The position numbers and the translations under genes are program-made. Source: the human T2T-CHM13v2.0 reference genome, Homo sapiens. Taken from it: a stretch of DNA of 64,000 nt. This document shows, one piece after another, positions 1 through 33,650 of this stretch. Position 1 is the first letter of the stretch. Every line of letters starts with the position of its first letter. The notes below the pieces were generated by a model. It was not told the origin of the DNA. It ran no database searches and saw only the letters and a list, made by a program, of their open reading frames with translations. The DNA lies in NCBI RefSeq assembly GCF_009914755.1, contig NC_060926.1; one strand, given 5' to 3'.

Positions 1-327
1 TCAAGCTTTACCCATAATACGAGATTACATCTTTATCATGTTCCCAAAAATGGCAGAGTAAAAAGATCAAACTCTTCAAATTTGTCTACAAACAAATCAT
101 GGCAATGCAGGCTTTCGACAAGAGTGCATTCAACATCCCTGTTTCACCAGCCTCACCAGTATTGTGTATGCTTAGTTATTTTCCACTGTATCAAATTGAC
201 TATTTCATTTTAACTTTAATTCCACAGGTTTGTTCACATATTGTCATTACATACCAGAGCACACCTTCATTTAAAACACATCAAGACTCCGTGAAATGTC
301 AATTGCTCCTACAAGTGGAAGACTTAC

Positions 328-19930
<19,603 letters not shown>

Positions 19931-20196
19931 CGCGCCGCCAACCTGGCTCCCGAGACGCGTGCGAGCACCGCTCAGCCCCGCAGCAGTCGCCACTTCCAAG
20001 AGGAAAGTGCCTGCAAGCCACTGAAGCAGCGGCGTAGCCGGCGGAGGCCCACTGTGACGAGCGTGCGGCGCCGCCCACGGAGGCCCACTGTGACGAACCT
20101 GCGTTCTGCCTCAGCACTGTGTATCCTCGGCGACGTCGGCGCTCCAGCTGCACTCGGCCGGGCTCGTGGCGCCGCCCTGTGGTCTGAGGGTGTCTT

Positions 20197-21350
20197 GACA
20201 TGATCTTATCTATAGAAAACCTTAATGAAACCTCGAAAAAAAAAGACCTAAACTATCAGTGATAATAAATGAGTTCAAAGAGATTGTACCATACGAGGTC
20301 AACTAAAAAAATGAGATGTCTACTTATACACCAGCAAGGAACAATTCAAGTAAAATTAAGTAAACAATTCCATTTATAATATTATCAAAAATAATAAAAT
20401 AATTATGAATAAATTTAACCCAAAAGTGTAAGACTTGTAGACTGGAAACTACAGAACACTGTTGAAGGAAATTAAAGAGGAGCTAAATCAATGGAAAGAC
20501 ATCCTGTGTTCATTAATTGGATGTAAACATGTCTACACAAAAACTTGTATACAGGCCAGGCATAGTGGCTCACGCCTGTAATCCCAGCACTTTGGGAGTT
20601 TTTGATGGGAGGATCACTTGAGTCCAGGAATTTGAGACCAGCCTGGGCAACACAGCGAGACCCCCATCTCTACAAAAAAGAAAAAACAAAAACAAAAGAA
20701 AACCTATACATGAATGTTTATAGCAGTACTATTTTTATTAGTAAAAGGTGGAAACAATCCAAATTTCCATCTACTGAAGATGGATTTTTAAAATGTGGTA
20801 TTATTGGGCACAGACACACGTGCCTGTAGGCCCAGCTACTGGGGAGGTTGAGGCAGGAGGGTCGCTTGAGCCGGAGAGTTTGAAGCTGCAGTTTGCAGCT
20901 GCAGTGATGCTCCTTGATCCATGCAGGAGCTGTGATCAGGCCTGTGAAGAGCCACTAAACTCCAGCCTGGGCGACATAGTGAGATCTCTGTCTCAAAGAA
21001 AAATGTGGTATAGCCATACAATAGAATATTACTTTTGCATAAAAAATAATGAAGTACCAATGCATACTACAACATGAATCAGCCTTGAAAACATTATTCT
21101 AAATTAAAGGTGCCAATCACAAAACCTCATATATCATTTCATTTATATGAAATATCCAGAGTAGGCAAACTCAAAGACACAGAAAGTAGACTAGTGATTG
21201 CCAAGGGCTGGGTGGAGGGGAAATCTGGGAGTGCATGTGACTGCCAACGTGAATGGAGTCTCTCGTTGGGGTGATAGAGATATTTTGGAATTAGATTTTG
21301 GGGAAGGCTGTAAAACATTGCAAATTTACTAAAAAAAAAAAAATCATTGA
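20197..21350 (+). mobile_element. Old L1M fragments (ORF2 and 3'UTR) interrupted by Alu monomers at 20553-20690 and 20806-21003
   Basis: gacatgatcttat...aaatcaatggaaagacatcctgtgttc is degenerate L1 ORF2; begins immediately at the edge of the RGPD CpG island. Confidence 0.75.
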
Positions 21351-22968
21351 ATGAAATTAAATCCTATGGAGATGATAGGTATTTTCATTTTGGCCAGGCA
21401 ATCTACCTGATTAGGTTCAAGCCACAAGTTCCCACCCCTCCATTCTGCAGTCTGGTTCCAAAGTCAGTTCAGTGTCCAGAGTCTTCACAGGACTATTCAG
21501 TTCTGTCTGACTTGTGCACCACCCAGTGGCCAGTTGTGTCTGTGGGTGATGGTCTCTCAGTTCAGCTGTCAATCTTTGGTGTGTTGAACAGGACGAGATC
21601 TATGCAGGAGCAGCTCAAGAATGAGCCCTGGGGTTTATAGACAGGTTAATGGGGTTGCTTCACTGATTAACTCTCTCTCAGCAATTACCCTGTTGCTTTC
21701 ATTTGCTGAGGCTTCTCTTTTTAGTCTTCCAAGCAGAAAACAGGCTTTCGGTATCTGGCTCTACCATGCATTTCTACATCTGAAGCCAAGCAGTGGGAGG
21801 ACTGAATTGGAAGAGAAGCAACATGGATTGTTTCTGCCCTCTTGGGACCACAGCTCTGTCAGTTGGAGAAGGTTCCCTCCTGCGTCTTGGCTCCTGGGCT
21901 CCTCTTGGGGCTGGTGCCAGTGCCACTGTGGGACTGCTTGTGGGCTGAGGTATGAGAGAACAGGGAAAAGAAAAATGGGGAGGAACGAACTTCTGGATTC
22001 CCTCGGAATGTTAGGAGACCCTTTTCCCGTTACTTGAGCCAGAAATAGAGGGCATCTTCTGGAGCTCTTTCTATCTGCACCCTGGTGCCCACTGCCAGGT
22101 TAGTCACGGGATGCCATAGGGGAAACATGGTTATCTCACCACCGGTTTGGTGGTACTTCAAGTTCTGGTCTTCTTGGGAAAGCTGCCTGCAACTATTTAG
22201 TTTTCAATGTCTTCCAATAGCTGCTCCATGCATTCTGTACTGTCTCCTGGCTGGACTCCATGCAGGAAGCCTGTCTCCTCCACAGTGTGCACTCACTCAG
22301 GTCATTGCTAAGTTTTATTGTTGGCATTTGTTTGCTTTAATTTTTCAGACTGACTCCCTAGAGGTCGCTTCTTGTTTGCATAGTTCGTCAGTCAAACATC
22401 AGTTAAAGCCAATATGGTTTCCACCATCTGCTGCTGGATCTATGTGCAATGGGGAGGAGGCACGCCCCGGGCCATTTGCAAGGGTGTTCCGGCTTTTACT
22501 TCCTAACACTGGCACCGGCACACACACAGGCTGTGTGCCCTGGGCATATGGACATGGCTTGGGCTTGCTCTAATCTCTGCCAGCTATGAGCCTTCAGTCC
22601 ATTTGGGTAGTGTGAAGAGTTTACTAAGCTCCCTCTGGCTCTCCGACCTCCCGGAGCTCCCTCTTACATCCATGACTAATCTGCAGGTCGTTTGCTCGTC
22701 TCCAAAGGCCCAGAGCCTCAGGCTAGGAGTCAGTGGCCTTTCTTCCTCCTGGTCACTGATATCACCACCTTAACTAGCCATGCTGCAAATCAAAACCTTC
22801 CTCACTCTTGCCTCCAGCCCCTGCAGCGAGGTGGCAGGGGAGCTTATCTCCACAGGCTGCCCTGCTGGGGGCCGCTGTGTGTGTTATCAACAGCTGGGGT
22901 AAATGGGGGTAGCAGCCTGGGCAAAGATGCCACGGACACAGGCTGGTCTTATCCAAGGCTCACTTTAA

Positions 22969-23271
<303 letters not shown>

Positions 23272-24059
23272 AGCTTTCATTCTTAAACACATCCCCATTT
23301 GTGCCGTGCCTTTGGTAAAATTGCAGAATGCTAAATGGTTTGTCCAGCTATACAGTTACATTTTGGAAAGATTTGTTGACCTCCTCACTTCATCATGCTA
23401 GAAGTGGGAACTTTGATTACTCTTTAAAGAATCTGAAGATGAAGGGAAGACCAACGCATAATTTGAGAGAATGGCAAGACTGAGAAAGGTTTCTGTAGCA
23501 TGGTGCATGCATGTGTGTGTGCGTGTGTAGGGAGAGGCAAAGGGTTCTGACAAGAGGAAGAGGCTGAGGAAGCAGGCTCATCTCCACAACATGCTGCTGC
23601 CACCCAATCATAGGGTCTCTTGCAGCAATTCCAGTCCTGATCTCACAAACCTCATACCCTAACTACGGTCCCCCTAATTGGGGTCCCTCCTCAGAGCTTT
23701 CCTAAGGCTCCCTAACTTTTCCCCTCACCTCGGTTGAGGCCTCCATGGTTTGGACTTGCTGGTTTTGCCTTGCTCTTCCCTTGATAAATACACCATTTAT
23801 TCCGGTTCAGCCCTTGGAACTTTAAACCTTAACCCAAGCCTCCTCCACCCCACTATATTAGCCCAAGCCTAGAGTATCAGATCTGGATATTTGGGTAAAG
23901 ATGCAGACAAATTTTGAGTTGGAAAAGAAAGAACTTAACTCATTACTAAAAGATGACCTTGATAGCTATATATATGGGAAACAAGAATGTATCAGGAAGT
24001 TAATCCTTTGCTCACACTACACCTGGTGCATGTAATTCCATCTCTGAGTTTTCCCCTTA

Positions 24060-24285
24060 TTATTATTATCTTTTTTTGAGATGGAGTCTCACCTTATTGC
24101 CTAGGCTGGGGTGCAATGGCACAATCTTGACTCACTGCAACCTCCGCCTCCTGAGTTCAAGCGATTCTCCTGCCTCAGCCTCCCGAGTAGCTGGGAGGCT
24201 CAGACACAACCTCCTGGGCTCAAGTGATCCTCCCACCTCAGCCTACCTAGTGGCTGAGACTACAGGAATGTGCTGCCCTGTCCGG
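24060..24285 (-). mobile_element. Rearranged Alu fragments
   Basis: Two partial reverse right arms. Confidence 0.75.
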
Positions 24286-27200
24286 CTTGTTTTTGTTGTT
24301 TTAATTTTTATTTTACTTCCCAGGACTCTAAAAGACTTGCTGACCTATTAACACACAAACTAGTGCCCACTTCCCTACTCCCCATCTTGTCACTTTGTCC
24401 CCACCCAGTCCCTTGCTACCCCTCCCATCCCCTCAGTGTGACTAAGTTGCTGGAGGTACCCTGCCCCATCCTTAATTTCTTGCCCCAGGCCCTGCTGGGC
24501 CCCCCGTCTCTGCCCTGCCTGCCTCAGCTCCCCTCTGTCTCTCGGCCTTTTCACCTCCATGCTCCCAGCCTCACATCCTTGGAGCCAAGTTTGCCTCTCA
24601 CAAAGCATGGCCCCCTACGGTCCCCAGCACCGCTGGTGCCAGGGCCATCCTGCCCCGCCATTGTGTCCTCACATTCCCCAACACTGAACTCAGGTTTCCC
24701 CTGGGGGGCTGAGCTGTCTTCCCTCAGTCACGCCTTCCTCCCCATGCAGGCTCATCCAGTCCCTCTGCCCTGCTCCAGTACCCTCTCCCCACCTTTCACC
24801 GTGGATCAGGCCCACAAGGTCACCTAGGGACGTTTTATATCCAAAGTAACATGACAACATCTCCTCCTGCACTGTCTAGTCACATGCTCTGAGGTCAACA
24901 GTGGTGCGTCCACTAATAACACATTTCATACTATTCAGCACAACTCACAACCCTGCAAACATAGATTAAAGGAAAAATGCCGGAATATGGGACGGATGGC
25001 TAAGCATTCTAATTTGAATGAGCACATTTAAAACTACAAGGGAAAACTATCACTAGGTTCACCTCAGAGGACATCTGGGTTTTCTTTCAAGGAAATGAGC
25101 AACTGGACACACTGAGACCCTCCTTCTGGGTTAAGGGCCCAGCATGCTTCCCCTGGGCTGCCTACCATATGCTGTTCTCCTCTCCCTGCTGTTCCTCAGT
25201 CTGACACACACACCTGCAGTGGTGGCCTGGTGAAGGGATGCACTTGCCTCCTCGGCACGAAAGGAAGATGGGCAAACAGGAATCCCACAAATGGCACCGT
25301 CAAAGTAAGAAGTGCGGCAAAATGAACTGAGGGCAGGTGCTGTCATTCGGCAGTCTGTGATTCTAAGACCTAAGACCAGGATTGCTTTTGAGACTGGAGT
25401 GAAACAGCAAAGACAGAAGACAAGAGTGACTCTGAGGCCTTTACTTGGCTTCCACACTAAAATGCCTTAGCCCCAGGAATCAGCTTCTCTTTTCTTCCTC
25501 TTCATATTTAGATGGTGAGAGAGGTAGCGTTTAAGACATACATTAGGGCCCCAGATGAGGGCCAGGAACAGGCTGGACCAAGACTCAGACAGCCCAGCTC
25601 CATGGCAACCTGATGGCCCCTGTGGGGGTGGACAGGTATCGGGTTCATTCTTTCTCAGGGCGACTTCAGCTCTTGGAAGGGAGGGTTCTGGTTAAGCCTC
25701 GGGTGGGATAGTTATGGTGAGTGACAGTTGCTAGAAGAACACTGTGACAATTTCTGTTATTTTCAATTGATCCAGTCTCTTGCCCACCACACAGACTCCT
25801 TGATGGAAAGCCCTTCAGGAATAAGAAAGGGTTCAGGTTCTCAGGGTAAAACAGGCTTTGCAATTCTCTAATTTGCTAATTGTCAACTTCTGAAGACTGT
25901 GTTTCCTCATGGTAGTAGGAGCTAGTATGAGTAATTTACCAGAGTGAAACAGGCGAGATTCCATGCACCTGCGGAAATACAGCCTGAGTTCCAGCACCTC
26001 CTTTCTTGAATTCTTGGATTTCTTCCTCAGCTCCTTTCCCAAGTCAGTTCATCTCTGACTTAACCCGCAACGGGCATCCAAGGGAATTATTCCAAGAAGT
26101 GTCCTCCCCATCACTCTTTACTGGTTTTTTGTTTCCTTTTTGATGTTGTTGTTTTTGTTTTGACACAGCACACAGCGAAACTGCTGCAGGAAGCAGAAGG
26201 ATGTGTGTGACATATCATCACCTTCCATTTTGCATTAATAAACATCACCCAAAATTTGCCTATCCGCTGCTAAAATAAAGATCCAACAGAATAGAAACTC
26301 AACAGGAAAACTCACTGTCACTAAGGCCAACAAAAGACAAACTGGAGAAATACTAGTCATAAATACAGAAAATAAAGGATGGGTGAACAAATTGAGATCC
26401 GGCTTGCTGGGCGTCATGTGGAGACCGTGTGCAGGAAGAGCCAAGACACCAGAGCCGGGGGGGCTCCGGTGATCCCTGCCGCTCTCTGCATCCTGGGCTC
26501 ATGGTTGGGGCCTGTCCCCCTCCAGCTGGTGGTGCCATCCTCTCTGTGCCCTACCAAGCTCACCAGTAAACTGCAGCTACAGGGCACATAGCATGGAAGA
26601 GGGTGACTTCGGGCAAGGTCTCTCCGGCTGGGGTGGGCCCAAGGAAACCTCCCTGAACGGAGGTGGCAGGTGGGGGACCCGCAGGACATCACTGTCACCA
26701 ACGCCCCATTGTGATGCACCCACCTGCTGCCCCTGCCCTCGCATGCAGACCCCTGTGGCCCCCTGGACACCTGCGAGGTCCTGAAGCCTAGCGAGGCAGC
26801 TGCCCTGAGGCCTGAGCCTCTGCAGGGACCAAGGAACATGCCATGTACGTGACAAAACCTTTCCCTAAAGAAAGTGTCCCGTCCACCCCTTGAGGTTCTA
26901 GAAAACATTTCTTAAGACCCATTGAATGGAAGGACAAGATAAAAGGAATTGAATTTAAAACAGAGAATGAAATACTGGAGCTTGATTTCACTGCAGAGGA
27001 AAAACTGAGTCCCAGAGAATGAAGTTGTTCCCATCTGTGCGTCTTCACCTGGCTAAAACGAAGAGCTGGGCCTGCGCCCAAGGATGGGTCTCCACGTGGT
27101 CCTGAGAAATCACAAAGTGTGGGTAAAATATCCTCCCCAGAATGCCCCCAAAGAGATCCACTTGCGATGGGATCCCTTCCTAGGGAAAAGTAGCCGCGCT

Positions 27201-27439
27201 CACGCTGGTAAGCCAGCTAAGCTTCTCCGCAAATGCTCCCCATGGCTGACAGCCAGAGGAAGCCCATGGCCCCCTGGCCCCAGGGACCTCCTGCCATTCC
27301 CCATTCCCCTATTCAACAGCCTCCTCACAAACCACTAGCAAGCCCAGATCTCCTCGTGTCTCTACCTTCACCTTTCCAGAAGGGCATCTAAATAGAATAG
27401 TGCAGCCTCTTCTCTCCACCACTCTCACTTGGTCATATA

Positions 27440-29600
27440 CATTGAAGGCTCACTCCTGCCTTTGAGCGACTTGACAGCTCATTCCTTTTCATCGATGAGT
27501 AGTATTCCATTGTGTGAATGTGCTTCAGCTTGTTTTTTATTCACCTATTGAAGGACATCCTGATTTAAAGTGTCTGGAAACTTAAATATCTGAATAGAGG
27601 GTGCTGTACATAACTGCATGTTTTTTTGTTTGGACATAAGTTTTCAAAGCAGTTGATGACCCAGGAGCACAGCTGCTTTCTTAGACCATATGGTGAGACT
27701 ATGTTTAGCTTTGAGACAAAACTACCATTGGCACTGCCAGTGGCTGTACCATTATGCCTTCCACCCGCAGTGATAAGCTCCTGTTGTTCCTAATCCTCCA
27801 TAGCAATTGCTATTGTCATTTTTTTATATTTGAGTTGTTCTAAGAGAACCAATAGGAATTTTATATTTATATACTTATATATATTTACATATATATACAC
27901 ACATATCTCTATATAGAGAGAGATATTTGTGCCCAGTGCAGTGGCCCACGCCTGTAATCCCAACGCTTTGAGAGGCAGAGATGGGTGGATCGCTCAGGAG
28001 TTCGAGACCAGCCTGGACAACATGGTGAAACAGCGTCTCTACAAAAAATTAGCCAGCGTGGTGGTGCACACTTGTGGTCCTAGCCCCTCGGGGAGGTGAG
28101 GTGGGAAGATTGCTTAAGCCCAGGAAGTCAAGGCTACAATGAGCCGAGATGGCGCTGCTGCACAACAGCCTGGGCAACAGAGCCAGACCCTGTCTCAGAA
28201 AAAAAAAAAAAAAGAGAGAGATTTATTATGGGAATTGACTCCCATGATTATAGAGGCCAAGAAGTCCCACAGTATACTGCCTGCAAGCTGGAGAACCAGG
28301 AACACCAGTGGTATAACACACAAGCCTGAAGACCTGATAGTCAAGTGGGGAGCCACTGGTGCAGTCTCAGAGTCCAAAGGCTTGAGAACCAGGAAGGACA
28401 GAAGACGAAAGCTGCAACTCAAGGAGAGAGAGACTGCATTGTTCTATTTGGGCCCCCAGTGCATCGGATGGCACTCACTCACACTAGTGAGCATGGCCCA
28501 TCCTCAGTCTACCCATTCAGTGCTCATCTCTTCCAGAAACACCCTCACAGCCACACAGCTACCTCACTGTTGTTGTAACTTGCAATCCCCTGATGACATA
28601 TGCTATTGAGCTGCTTTTGGTAATGCTTATTTGCCATCTTTATATATTCTTGGTGAGGTGTCTGTTCAGATCATCACCCATTTTTACTTGGATGGTTTGT
28701 TTCCTTCTGGTTGAGTTTTACTTTCTTGGTATACTTTGAATAACAGTCCTTTTTTAGTAGATGTTTTCCAAATATTTTCTCCCAGTATGTGCCTTGCCTT
28801 TTCATTCTCCTAATGGGGTCTTTTATGGAGTAGACATTTTCAGTTTTAATAAGGTCTACATTATCATGTTTTCCTTTCCTGGATTGGCTTTTGGTGCTGT
28901 GTATAAAACCTCATCACCAAATGCAAGGTCAGGTAGATTTTCTTCTATGTTCTATCCTAGAATTTTTACAGTTTTCTACTTTAAATTATAAGTCTATGAA
29001 TAATTTTGTATGTATTTTTGTGTACGTTGTAAAGTTTGTTTGTACATTCGTTTTATCCCACAAGGTAATCTGGCTGTTTCATCACCATTTATGGAAAAGA
29101 CTCTTTTCTCCACTGAGCAGCTTTGCTCTTTGACAGAATCAGTTGGCTATATTTATGTTGGTCTATTTAGGGGCTCTCTGTATTGTTCCATTTGTCTGTG
29201 TGACCATTTCTTCCCCAATGTTACACTCTCTTCAGAGATTTATAAGTCTTGGAATCTGGATGTGTGAATTCTTCATCTTTGTTCCTCCTCAGTCTTATAT
29301 TGTCTATTTTAGGTTTAGAAACATTTTATTGGTGTCTTTGCTGGGATTTTGATTGGAATTGCACTGGGTCTATAGATCAAGTTTGGAGGAATTATTTATT
29401 TAGCTTTTGTCTAATTTTTTTTCCAACTGTGTTTCAAAGTTTTCTGAATGCACATTTGTACATATTTTGTTAGGTTTATACAAGGACTCAATTTTGGGGG
29501 TGCTATTGTAAATGATTTTTCTTTCATTTCAAATCAGATTTCAATTGTTGTTTACTGACATGTAGGAAATCAATTAACTTGTATTATTGCCCTGTTACTT
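27440..29600 (-). mobile_element. Old L1M (reverse) interrupted by an MLT2-like LTR (about 27830-28550) that contains a (TA)n tract and an AluJ (27930-28213)
   Basis: Reverse L1 3' and ORF2 motifs; gagagagatttattatgggaattgactc is MLT2-like. Confidence 0.7.
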
Positions 29601-31965
29601 TGATTCTTATATGCATCCATTCCGATCAAGATACGGAATAGCCGGCTCCATTTCAGTTTGAATTTCCAAAATTACCGCGTGGCATAATCTGTACACTGAA
29701 TTTCAGTGACGCATAGGCGCAGCCGTGAAGGACAGTCTGTGTATTAGCAAAAAAAAAAAAAATATATATATATATATTAAGGCAAGACTCCAGAAAAAGA
29801 AAAAACACAGGCATGAACCAAGCACTAACCAGTGTGCCTCAATGTTTTACTTGAGGGAAATGATCTGTATGTTGCCCCCACCCCCGGCCAGGATGCTGCC
29901 AAAGGACCTGGATAGTGAACTCTGCACTTCTCTAAAAAAGATGGCTCTCAAGAAGGTGGAAACCTAGGATGACAGCCAGGAAAAGGTTGGAACCAGAGGT
30001 GGGGTCTTTATTGGGCTGGGAGCAGACTAAGTTGTACCCAGTAGCTGGCAATCAGGATCAAGGAAGAGGCTACAAAGTCAGATCACAGTAGAGATCTGGG
30101 ATACACACAGAGGTCAAGGAAAAGCAAGGTTCGGAAACCAGCAATGCAGCCTGAACCACAGGCAGAAAGCCACAGCAACACTAAGATCTGATGCTTCTAA
30201 GTTTTCTGCTGGGGGCTGGAGCCATCCACAAGGTAAGCCAAGCCCACAGTCCACAAGTGGAATCAGGTCACTGTCCTCAGGAAGTAGGACGACAAGGGTT
30301 AGGAATTACTCACTGGGTACAATGTCTGTCACTCAGGTGACGGAAACCCTAAAATCCCTGACTTCACCACTATGCAATCTAAGCAAGTTACAAAATTACA
30401 CTTGTACTCCATACATTTATACAAATATTTTAAAAAAGAAAAAGTCTTGATACAGAGGCCCATTTTCTCTAACCAGGAAGGAGTTTCCAAACTACAAGTC
30501 AATTCTTTCTAAAAGCACCTCTCTCTCCTTCACTCAGATCTGGAGACAGAAGAGGATGCCTCTGGGCAGCCAACCCAAGCAGAGCTGGGCAAGCGAGAAA
30601 ATCGCCACCATGTCAGTGACCACCTGCTCACCCAGGCACTTCCTCCAACAGAAGACCTTCTGTTGAGCCTCCACCCTGCATCTGGCCTTCCTGAACGTCC
30701 CCTGACCTGCACCCCCTCATCATCTGGCTTAGGAACCATTTGGCCTCTGACCCACCCATGTTCTATATTCACAGACAAAAGAATAGGGAGACTGTGGATT
30801 AGGATCACAGGGCCTCTATAATTAACTCTGATTCACCTGTCACACTTTCTGACACACAGAACCATTGGGGGAAAACTCTTCTGATTTATTGAGGGTTGAG
30901 TATAAGGTACTGTCATAGGTTAGCTGTGAAAATTCACTTAATTCTCACACAACCCCATGCGTTAGACAGGATAGTGTCCCCATCCTCACTTTATAGACAT
31001 GAAAATAAAAAAATCAGATTCAAGTGAGTGGCATGGTCAGAAGTAAACTCACATTTGGCCTCTGGTTGATCAACAGTTCTCAGTAGGCAGCCTCTGTAGA
31101 GGAATTATGTCTCTTAGGGATAAAACTGAGATGTAATCTCACAGAAAGCTCTTGTGTGTTTTTTAAATTCCTTTAAAGAAAAATTTGTATTGATAGTTCT
31201 TCCCTTGATTTAGGGATTTTTTTTAATATCTGGTTTCTTGAAAAGCTTTTTAAGAGGATCTGCCAAATTACATAAGCATTTCTAGTTTTTCTTAATTTTA
31301 ATTCTCATTATGAGATTTTCTCATCAAAAATAATTCAGATAGTTCTAAAAACGTCCTATAAGTAAACAATGTCAGGAAAAAGTGAGATATGTTGAAATAC
31401 GAACAAACGAATGAATGAATGGACAAACTTCAGAACAAACTATCTAACTGCAGCAAGAACTGGGACTGGAAACACCTAACCAATGACAGCCCCATAGTGG
31501 TTTCTGGATGCTAAATATAGACAAGGTCCAAATTCCCAAAGTCTAACTCTGGCTTTATCACACATACTTGGCAAAAGAATGTTATCCTGATAAAGCCCTC
31601 CTGTCTGGCCATGCTTAAGTAAATGTCCCAACATGGACTGTCTTCCACCTAGCTGCCAGGGGAAAATGGATCACTTCTGTACTCTTGGTGTCTAGCCAGA
31701 CTATATTAAAAAGTCCTTCATCCTGCCTCAGCAACAAAAAGTGCACTGCCAACAGTTACGTTAAAGCTGTTGTGTGATAAATTTGAATATTGCATAATGG
31801 AGGGGAAAAAATCAAGGACTTACACTACAGCTATAAAAGGGATATGTGAAGCTATTTAGTCATGATTTTGTCATGGAGTAGTGACCTAGACAACTCAAAT
31901 TCCAATTAATACTTGAAAAGCCCTTGGGACATAGTGTGATATGCATTCTTATAAAATGGCTCTTG

Positions 31966-32290
31966 GCTGGGCTTGGTGGCTCATGCCTGTATTCCTAGAA
32001 CTTTGGGAGGCCAAGGCAGGCAGATCACCTGTGGTTGGGAGTTCAAGACCAGCCTGACCAACATGGAAAAACCCCATCTCTACTAAAAATACAAAATTAG
32101 CTGGGCATGGTGATGCATCCCTGTAATTCCAGCTACTCAGGAGGCTAAGGCAGGAGAATCACTTGAACCCGGGAGGCGGAGGTTGTGGTGAGCCAAGATC
32201 GTGCCAGATTGTGCCACTGCACTCCAGCCTGGGCAACAAGAGCAAAACTCCGTCTCAAAAAAAGGATAAAATAAAATAAAATGAAATAAA
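31966..32290 (+). mobile_element. AluS (Sp-like)
   Basis: Alu consensus; flanking aaa(t/c)ggctctt repeat. Confidence 0.9.
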
Positions 32291-33419
32291 ACGGCTCTTA
32301 AAATAATGCATTTGAATTCCTAAGTATTTATATACAACATTGCCCCCTTAATTTTATTTTAAGCTAAGAACAACGGTATTTTTCATTTAGCAGTTGTGCC
32401 TTGCTACGAGAAAGTCTATGTCAATCAGCCGGTTTGCAGTTCAGGCAAATCTAAGCTACCTGACTCCACTGTGCCATGAGGAAATGACAGACAAGAGAAC
32501 GCCCTACAGGCACTGAGGTTTTCCTGGAGTACCTTCCAAACCATGGCCTGCATTGTGCTTATGACCTGGCCAGGTCACCGCAAGCCCCTGCTGGTCCAGG
32601 CAGTCAAGAAGGGACTCCACAGTGTCTTCACAATCACCGCACTTCTGCTTGGCACAACGGCTTTGCCAAGCTACCCTCTTCGTGCCCACCGTTTCCTCTG
32701 CTGCTAGAAACACTCACAAAGGAATAGAGTTCTTACAGTTCTCTGAGCTCCACCTCAGCGTCTGCTCATAATGGAAAACGGCTGCTGCCAGAGCCACTTC
32801 CACCCTCACGGAAGCGGGGTCACGGCTGCCTTTGGGAGTCTGAAGAAAGCTGTAGGCTCTCTTCTCAGGAAAGACAAAAATGAAAGAAAGGAACAGAAAT
32901 GCAGAGACGATGAGAGGGATTCCCTGACCTCCAGGTTAAGGATCCTCAGCTTTACAAGGCTAAGGGAGGAAGAATGGAGGGGGTGGTGGAAGGAGAGGCA
33001 GAGAGGGAGAGAAGGGAGTACGGAGTGAGCCAGCTCCAGGGACCAGCCACTGAACAAAGTGCTGCCCTTGTCTCAGCCTGGAATCAGACGGTATGGGTTC
33101 TGGCTCAGGCTCGAGATTCCCAGTGAAAGCCACAAAGTTCTATGACTTCATCAAAAACGCTCCCTTGCCCACAGTGCCATTAGCTATTCCACGTGACCAC
33201 ACCAATCTTTCTGACCAAATATTCTCTCTCATTGATTAAACTATTCTACTACAAATTGTTGATGCCTTTGGGCATATACAGGATGGAAATAGCTTAGAAA
33301 AAAAAGTATTCTATTTAACAAAACTTTACAGTAATCGGTACAGTCCCTCATTTAGTCAATAAACACTCAGCGACCACATGCTATGTGTCAGGTCATATGC
33401 CAGGTACAATTAATAACAA

Positions 33420-33650
33420 CTTAAAAAGTAATCATAGCTAAACACATTGTGCACTTAACTGTACTAAACACTTTACGCATATTAGCTCATTTAATCCTCA
33501 CATTAATCCTTTGAGGTAGGTATTATTCTTTCTTTTCCACTATTCACAATAGACAAAATAGAGCTATCCACAGCTAGCTGGTGGCAGAGCAGGGGATCAG
33601 AACTCAGACTATCTGGTTCACAGTCTGTGTTCTTAATCATTACGGTTCCT
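33420..33650 (-). mobile_element. MIR
   Basis: tcatttaatcctcac...gaggtaggtattatt MIR core. Confidence 0.65.
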
